Positions 1 to 8,000 of a DNA stretch of 64,000 nucleotides are shown here, piece after piece. A model generated the notes under the pieces. That model did no database searches, was not told where the DNA came from, and saw only the letters and a list, made by a program, of their open reading frames with translations. Numbering within the stretch: the stretch's first letter is position 1; every line of letters starts with the position of its first letter. The stretch comes from Candidatus Omnitrophota bacterium (GTDB lineage: Bacteria > Omnitrophota > Gorgyraeia > S143-82). The stretch spans positions 10,431 to 74,430 of the forward strand of contig WGBD01000006.1 in assembly GCA_015494465.1 (NCBI GenBank), read 5' to 3'. The translations under genes and the position numbers were made by a program.

Positions 1-2027
1 TCATCCAAAGACCTCTCCGCCTCCGCCACCTCCCGGGAGACTTCCTCCATCTCTCTGGACAATTCTGCTAATCTCTCACTTATCCGGGAGACCTCACCCT
101 TAATCTCGTTGAGCTTCCCGGTGAGGAATACCTCTTCCTCGTTCAATACATCCATCTGGGCTTGAGACTCCTTCAGGGCGGATTCGAGAGAAGACAGAAG
201 CCGTCTGTCCTGCTCCACCTTGCTGCGTATAGAGTCTATCTGCCTATCAAAGGCCCTCTTGTACTCATAGGCCTCATCAAGGGCCTTCTTGGCCTCCATC
301 AGTTCCCGGTCCTTCTCACCAACCAGCCTCTCGAGTTCCGTTTTTCTATCCTTTAGTTCGGAGAGGTGCCTCGGCAGGGCCCTTGCCTCACAGACCACAT
401 GTATCCAGTTATCCCTCTCCTCTATGACCTGTTCCACCCGGGCGATGATACTGCCTATGTCAAAACCTGCCTTCTCTATCCACAGGTCCACTTTACGGGG
501 CTCGGGCAGGGTTATGTAACGGGCCTCCAGATGAGAGAGCATATCCATCTGGGCGTTCAGGGCAGAGACCTCTGCCTTCAGGGCCTCCAGTTCGGCCTCC
601 AACGCAGAATACCTCTTGGAGGCCTCCCGTATCCTGTCCTCCGCGGAGGGGATCTGTCTGTCCTGTATCTCGGATATGCGGGCCAAGTCCTCCTCTATTC
701 GTCTTTTCGTCTCATCTACCCTGCGGTGAATATCTTCTAACTCCTTTTGGAGTTGTCCTTTTTGCTGGCGCACATACCTCAGCTCCGACTCCACAGATCG
801 GATGTCCAACTCCCTTTCCTTCTGCTCGTTCACCAGATCTGCGTGGGCCCGGTTCAGCTCGAACAGTCGCGCCTTTAAATTTTCGAGGTGCCTTTCCTTA
901 TCCACGACGGAAGAGAGGATCTCTGAGAGCCTTCTGTCCACCTCCGCGCGCTTTCGCTCGACCTCCTCCCGTCTGGCACGCAATTCCTCCAGTTCTCCCT
1001 CCATCGCGCATATCTGGCGCCGTCTTTCGTCCAGCCTGCCGGCTATCTGTTCCCCCTCCCGGTAAAACAGTTCCTTCTGGTGCTCGAATTCCTTGATCCT
1101 CTCCTCGTTCATAGATATCTTGAGGCCCGCCTGCTCGTAATCTCCAAACCGTGCGGAAAGTTTCTCCTGCACTTCATTTATCTTTTCCTCCAGTTCTATT
1201 ACCTTCATCCTCAGGCGTTCTATCTCAGCAGACAATTCCCCTTGGGCCTTCTCCTTGATATGTATAGAGGCCTTTATCGTTTCCAGTTCAGCGCTCAACT
1301 TTTCCCGCTCCCCTTCAATAGAGGAAAGGGAATGGAGTGCAAGGCAGGTCTCCTTCTCCTTTAACTCGTTCATGAGTTCTTGATAGCGCAGGGCCTTTTT
1401 GGCCTGACGCTCCAGAGAGGAGAGTTGCCGTTTCACCTCTGCCATGATGTCCGCCACCCGCAGGAGGTTCTGCTCAGTCTCAGCGAGCTTGCGCAGGGTC
1501 TCTTTCTTCTTGCTCTTGTACTTGGTAATACCCGCCGCCTCGTCAAAGACCAGTCTCCTCTCGTCGGGCTTTGCGCTTAACAAGAGGTCTATCTTACCCT
1601 GTTCCACTATGGAGTAGGCCTCCGCACCTATACCGGTACCCATCAGGAGCTCGTTGATGTCCTTTAGTCTGACCTGATTACGGTTCAACAGGTATTCACT
1701 CTCCCCGGAGCGGAAGAGGCGGCGGGTGATCACCACCTCGTCCGCGTCGTAGTTAAGGACCCGGTCGGAATTGTCGAACCACACCGAGACCTCAGCCATG
1801 TTCAGGGCAGGGATGCGATCCGTACCGTTGAATATCACATCCTCCATCCGGCTGGCCCGCAGAGAGCGGGTGCTCTGCTCCCCCAAGGCCCACTTGATAG
1901 CGTCTAAGATGTTTGACTTACCGCACCCGTTGGGCCCAACGATAATGGTTATCCCCGGCAAGAAGTCCAGAGATGTCTTCTCCGCAAACGACTTGAATCC
2001 GAATATCTCTAATCTCTTCAGATACAT
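1..2027 (-). CDS. smc: chromosome segregation protein SMC, N-terminal ~675 aa (gene continues beyond window start)
   Basis: Reverse-complement translation from ATG at 2025-2027 gives MYLKRLEIFGFKSFAEKTSLDFLPGITIIVGPNGCGKSNILDA, the canonical SMC head with Walker A GPNGCGKS. The rest of the region is E/K/R/L-rich coiled-coil-like sequence. It is absent from the ORF track because no stop codon falls inside the window. Confidence 0.85.
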   Translation of the reverse strand, partial: MYLKRLEIFGFKSFAEKTSLDFLPGITIIVGPNGCGKSNILDAIKWALGEQSTRSLRASRMEDVIFNGTDRIPALNMAEVSVWFDNSDRVLNYDADEVVITRRLFRSGESEYLLNRNQVRLKDINELLMGTGIGAEAYSIVEQGKIDLLLSAKPDERRLVFDEAAGITKYKSKKKETLRKLAETEQNLLRVADIMAEVKRQLSSLERQAKKALRYQELMNELKEKETCLALHSLSSIEGEREKLSAELETIKASIHIKEKAQGELSAEIERLRMKVIELEEKINEVQEKLSARFGDYEQAGLKISMNEERIKEFEHQKELFYREGEQIAGRLDERRRQICAMEGELEELRARREEVERKRAEVDRRLSEILSSVVDKERHLENLKARLFELNRAHADLVNEQKERELDIRSVESELRYVRQQKGQLQKELEDIHRRVDETKRRIEEDLARISEIQDRQIPSAEDRIREASKRYSALEAELEALKAEVSALNAQMDMLSHLEARYITLPEPRKVDLWIEKAGFDIGSIIARVEQVIEERDNWIHVVCEARALPRHLSELKDRKTELERLVGEKDRELMEAKKALDEAYEYKRAFDRQIDSIRSKVEQDRRLLSSLESALKESQAQMDVLNEEEVFLTGKLNEIKGEVSRISERLAELSREMEEVSREVAEAERSLD

Positions 2028-2067
2028 AGCAAGTATTATAACACGCTACCCTGTAGCAGATACACCC

Positions 2068-5000
2068 TCATTCGTAGAAAACCACGCCACCTTTTACCGG
2101 CAGGCGGGTGCGCTTGCCCGGCTGTAATAGGCGATTTACCGGATAGAACCTCGTCCTCCACGATTCCACAACCGAAAACATCGCGGATCTTTCCTCCCCA
2201 GTGAACAGATACCGCAACTCCCAGAGGAAGTTCACCGCATAATCTACCTTCCTGACCAAGTTCCTACCTTTCCTCTTGAGGATCTGAGAGAGATATTCCT
2301 TGACGAACGGATACCTACTACCTATCCCCAACCTATCCCAGCGCTCAGGATTAAAGGAGAGGAGGTTGAACAAGACCTTAGATCCCAAGCCCGGTGCCCG
2401 ACTCACTTTCTCACTGAGGAGTTGATAACTTAGAGGGACACCGCTCCAGGCCGAAACGAACCCCAACACCCCTTCCCGCGCAAGTAGGTCCAGAACCTTG
2501 AACGGATCGTAATAGGTATCCTCTATCCGGGTATTGGCCAGATCGTAGAGAAAGCGGGGAGACAGTCTAGAGCTGAGACTCGAGAGGGCCTCCAACCTCA
2601 AGCATTCCCCATAGGGGCCCATGTGGGATATAATGTGGAGAACAAGGTTCTCTGCCTTCCTCTGCAGGGAATCGTTACTCCGGAGGATGCGGTATATCTG
2701 GGAGCGATATTTTGGATACAACTTAGAGACGGTACTGCCTATCTTGAACAGGATCCCCTCTCCATTCGAGGTCAATACTCGCCTGGGCCTCCGAGAAAGC
2801 CTCTTCCAGATATACCACCCTGTCAATCCAATTACTGCAGGGAAGAACAACGGCGTAATGGAAAAGAGACTCGCCTGCAATAAGCTGTACTTGATTCCGT
2901 TCAAGGTCAGGGGCAATAAGAATAAAGCAAAGGAATTTAACTTAGTTCCAGCGCCTTCTTCCAATCGCATCCGGATCAATCTGGTGTCCAGCGTCCTATA
3001 GAACTTGCTCAGATCCTCTGCAGCATTTTTGACCAACTCCCTCTCATCCGGACGCATGCCTTTACCGACGAATCTCTCCTCAAATTCCCACAAAAGCCTT
3101 GCGTCGTGCTCGAAGTCCTGCATATGATTCAAATAGTACTCAATCAAGACATCGTTCACTTTTTCGTCTCCAGTCAACATACTCAAAACGCACAGGGCCG
3201 TCCTCCAGCGCGCATAGTGAGCGAGGTTGTTAAACCTGTCTGGCTGGACTCCTGCCCTAATCATCCGAGAAAACACCCTAGGATTAATCACTATCACATC
3301 GCGCAAGAACTTCCTGTAAGCCAAAACCCTTGCCTCGTCTTCGAAGAATTCCGCGATCCCACTGTAATGAGGCAAAAGGGTAAAATTGTAGGAGGCTTTC
3401 CATCCTGGAATCATCTTCGCACGGAACAAGATTGGCCAGGACTCAACGGGAACCATACCGCTCCCAGTATAATATATCGAAAAGAACTTAAGGATACCTG
3501 AATAAAAGCCCTCAAGCTCCTGTTTAGTAAAGTCCCTCGCCTTTCTTAAGCGCTCCAGATACATTTGGGCCCACTCTTGGGACTTCTCGGGATCTCTAGG
3601 AGCCAACGGCAACAGACTGTACAACGATATCACGATTGCAGGAGGTCCGTGATGTTTAGGTCCAACTTTATAACTTGAAAGTTTGCGCAAGGGGTTATAG
3701 TTTTTAGGGGGAAGGTGCCATAAGAACGATATGCTCGTGTGCTTCCACTTCTTGACGATCCGGGCCACAGGCATCTCCAGATCGATGGCGGGAACGGCGA
3801 AAGTTATAATCCCGCCGTTAGGATAGAAAAACACGAAGGCACCCATATCAAAAACCCGGGCCAATTCTCCTCCCATGGATTCTTTGCTCTTCGAGGAAAC
3901 GGTTATATGTAATATTGATTGAGAACCTATGGACAATGAGCCTATGCCTCTTAGTCTATTACTGGGTTTTATGTGGTTCGCCCGTTCGATTATCTCTCTA
4001 CTAGAGGGTAAACCAACGAATACCGGAAATGCATCGTTGACGCGGGGGAATAGATCTTCTATTCGAATGTGGTACTGCTTCCTCTTCATCGAGAACTCGC
4101 AAATCTTATTCCCCTCGGAGTCAAAGACAACTCGTTTTCCAAGATCGGGGAAGGATTCCACTGTAACCTTTCCCAAGATCAGATTGAGCTTACCCTGTCT
4201 CTTAATCAGTTTTATCACCCTCTTATTCTCGGACTTTTTCTCCACTTTGAAGATCGCTTCTTTCTTTATCCACCAAGGCAGGACCCGACGCACATTGATT
4301 TCTACCCTAGCCATACTCACCTGATAATGCGTCTTACGCCACGAATCGTACTCGACGATCTTCACCTTATCCTTATCTTCGCCTTTAAACCACATAAAGG
4401 TAGATTCTCCCAGTTCCCTCCATTGGCCGGGAGTATAGATTATGTCCAGATTCGGGTGCTTGCTAAGCACCCTAAAACGATTCTTGGCTTTATCCACCAA
4501 GATCACAAACACCTCTTCCCAGTTTATCCAATTTTCTCTCTTTAAATAGAAGGTAAACTTAATGTCAGGGCCTGCATTCTCCTCCAATACACCTTTCATC
4601 GTGTAAGAGCCATTCTTCAGCAACTCGTAAAGTGGACTGCCTTCCCAATACACGGACTTAGCAAATCCGCACTTATAACCGCCGAAGTCCAAAGAAAATG
4701 CCGATTGGTGCCCCACGAATACAGGATGCCTGGTCTTTACGAACTTCCCACTCTGCACCGGTTTAACATAGTCCGGGAACAGCTTGGCGGGGGACAACAC
4801 GAGCTCCCGTTTCCCGGACTGTCCGAAGACAAACTTATTGACCTCCTCCCAGCCTAAGAAAGAAGAAATACTCATCCCGTCTTTATCTTTACGATACAAG
4901 CGGGCTCGCATCCCATTCTCCGAGAAGACGAAATCGAGAGAAAAAGCATAAGAGAGCCTCTGTTCGTCTCTTAAGAGATCCACTCCACGCTTCAGGATCA

Positions 5001-8000
5001 TGCTTCCCACGACCGGGGTTATCTGTTCGTAAAAATCTATTATGATCGTTTTTTCTTTTTCTAATTCTAAGACTCGGGAGACGACTATGTACTTATTAAT
5101 GTCTACCCTTTTAGGTTGAGCCCACAACCCGGATAGACTCGTCCACTTGGGCATGCGTAGCATTACCCACTCACAATCGATTGGATAATCCCTGAAGAAC
5201 TTCTCTACGAGAGAAGAAGCCAATAACATCTTTTTACCACCAGCCGCGTTCGCAAAAGATATCTTCTTTATCTCTCTCCACCAAGACCCATCGTAAGGAA
5301 TGGACTTTTCTATGTAGGAAAGCATATCTAGAAAGGTCATGTCTTCCTTACCGTTGGGTACCTTGCAAAGGCAAAAAGACTTGGAAAGACCTGCTAAGAC
5401 CAGATAATACCTGTAATCTCGCTTCTCGTCCTCTGGAAAGGCGATGCAATACATAGCCTTGCGCATGTAATCTAGCTCCCAGTTGCGGGTTATTTTAAAG
5501 ATAGGGTCGATAGAATCAACTATCGGTTTTCCCGAACCCCCTTTTAACCCAATCCAGCTCACCGTCTTTCGAACATGCAGGGCTTTACTCACCGGAACCG
5601 CAACCAACGAGACCTTTAAGACCTTATCAAGCAACTGCTTGGCTATACCAAATTCGTCGAAGATCTCCACTCTAGCACCGTATATCACCATCCTCGGTAC
5701 CCACTGCCCTCCTAACGGATGGGGCTCCAACCACACGATAACTGGCACATAACGACCGCCTATCTGGGCCCCTACTACCGCTATCTTGGTCTCATTCCCA
5801 AGCTCAAGACCCAGCTTTTTTAGTTTGTTCAAGAAGGGTTTCCGCTTCTCTATGCCCTCCCAGATCACCTTCTCGTGTCCCTTCAAAAGATCCGCCACCT
5901 TAAGAAGGGAGTCGGTCGCAACCACACTGCGATCTCCGTGGAGCTCTAGGTAGAGGCTGGTAAGGAGGGACCTGGTAGCTTTGAAGTTGTCAGGCAGGCG
6001 GTTCACCGGTTTAGAGAAGTGAAGTTCGAAGTGCTTTCCTCCCCTTTTATCGGGGGCCCTCTGCCTGGGCCTTCCTAGATACTTAGCAAGTATCGGCGGC
6101 AAAACCACCTCTGGAGGGGATTTCAAGTTAGGTCCCCACAGGGACAAGTACTGGTCCAGATTATTCAGAAAGTCCCTCAGCCAGCGCAGATCCATGGAGG
6201 CCTTAAGGGGCAAACCTTTTATCTGATGATACCTCAACTCTACCCTATCCACGATATTGCCCCTACCCCAGTCGACCTCGTAATGCCTAAACACCTCTAG
6301 AGGGAAGGTGTTTGGTATGTTCAGTTCTTTTATCAACTCTTTTCCCGAATAGAACCTCACCACTATGTAGGAACTCCCCAGCGGATTGGTCTTTCTCCAG
6401 GCCTCAAGCCAATCCTCTTTGAAGCTAGGCAGGTGTTTCACTGCCTTTGCCAGGTAAAGCTGTTGAAAGTCCTGAAAGATCTTCAGGTCAGGATCCATCG
6501 AGCCAGTGTATTCTGCCACCCTCTCTGCTATCTCGTTCAGGGCCTCGATCAAAGGCCCGTATGCTTCTCGGGCCTTTTCCTCCTCACCTTCTTTACTGGC
6601 GATGAGATCCTTCAGCTCCCCTGCCAAGGGGACTTCAGCGATATCGACCTTCTCTGCCTCCAATCTGGACCGGACCTCCTCCAATAAGGAGCTGACTAGT
6701 GATGCTTTCCCTCGGCTAAACTCTACCATCCGCTTCAGGCTATCCTCCAACCACTTAAGCTCCCCTTTCCTCTTCTTCCACTGCTTGGGCTTGGTGAAAG
6801 AGAAGGTCTTTGCGTACCTGACGAGGGACTCCACTAACCAACCCTTTACCTCTTTCGAATCGATTATTCCCCTGGATAGGACTTCGTCTGTCGGCTCCTC
6901 CAGGGCATCGATCGCAGTTAGACCAATGGCAGGGATCAGGTTCTCACCAAGGGACCTAGAGAGGACGGTTCTTAGTCCATCCCAGAACTCCTCTTTGTTG
7001 TTCACCGCAAGCTCGCCCACGACGAAGGAGAGATAGGAAAGCACCATCATCCTAGACCAAGCAGAACGGTCTTCGATTCCCTTCAAGATCGGGGCGAGTT
7101 CGCCCTTTACCACGAACCAAGGTAAATCTTCTTCTGGGAGATCCAAGGGGCCACTCAGATCGTAGGCCAGAGAATCCAGCCTCTCCTCCATATCCTCTGT
7201 CTCCTCCAGCCCACGGGAGGCCAAAACCGCAGAAGCGAAGGCCTTAAAGGCCCTACCGTAAAGGTGAAAGATCCTCAGATCGCTCGCTAAGAGATAGTCT
7301 GCGTACCTCCCCAAGGACTTGACCTCCTCATTTTTGTCCCAGCGATCAAATCGCTCCAGGGCCACGACCAACATAAGCGATGGTAGAACTCCACCAGAAA
7401 AGGCCTTTCGATCGAGAATCGCCGGCATCTTGCCCTTGAGGAGAGATCGGATCCCCTCCAAAGACTTCCTCGCGGATCTGGGGATCCCTTGGGCAGACTT
7501 CGAGCTCAAGGTCTTTTCGATCACTGCCTTCACATCCTCAGGCCTGTCTAGCCACCAAAGCAGTATCAACAAGGGTTCAACTACTCCGGGATAGGTGAAC
7601 GAGAAACCACCGGAAAGGCGTTTGAGGGAATCGACGATCTCACTCAAGCCTTTTGGTTCTGACGGACCTGACCGGTCGAGGCGATAGACCACTGCCTCAA
7701 GTAGATCTGCCAGGAAGACTTCCTCCTCAGGTGCAATTCCGTCTACGGACTCCAACCTATCCTTCAAGGCAGAGACCCAGTTCTCTCCCTGAAGCAGGAC
7801 CAAGGCACATGAGAAAAGCATGCGATACTTCCTATAGTCGGGATGGGAGAGCAACCGCTTGATCTGGCCGATCAACCAGTTGGTTTGATCAGGGGATAGA
7901 GAAGAAAGATCTCGATTCAACTCTGCAAACCTCCCTTCCCCCAACAAGCCAGCAAAACGAAGAGCGCACACGAAGGGATCGGTTTGCCAGTAAGGTTCGC

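Noticed and set aside
6900-7300. Possible transglutaminase-like Cys motif (IGLCGQVGEIFTRAW...) and a Walker-A-like GSKGKT in the giant protein
   Set aside because: The spacing to the putative G-x-P-R/K element is off by 2, and no convincing His/Asp partners follow. GSKGKT is part of the polybasic juxtamembrane patch and does not fit GxxxxGK[ST]. Neither is supported.
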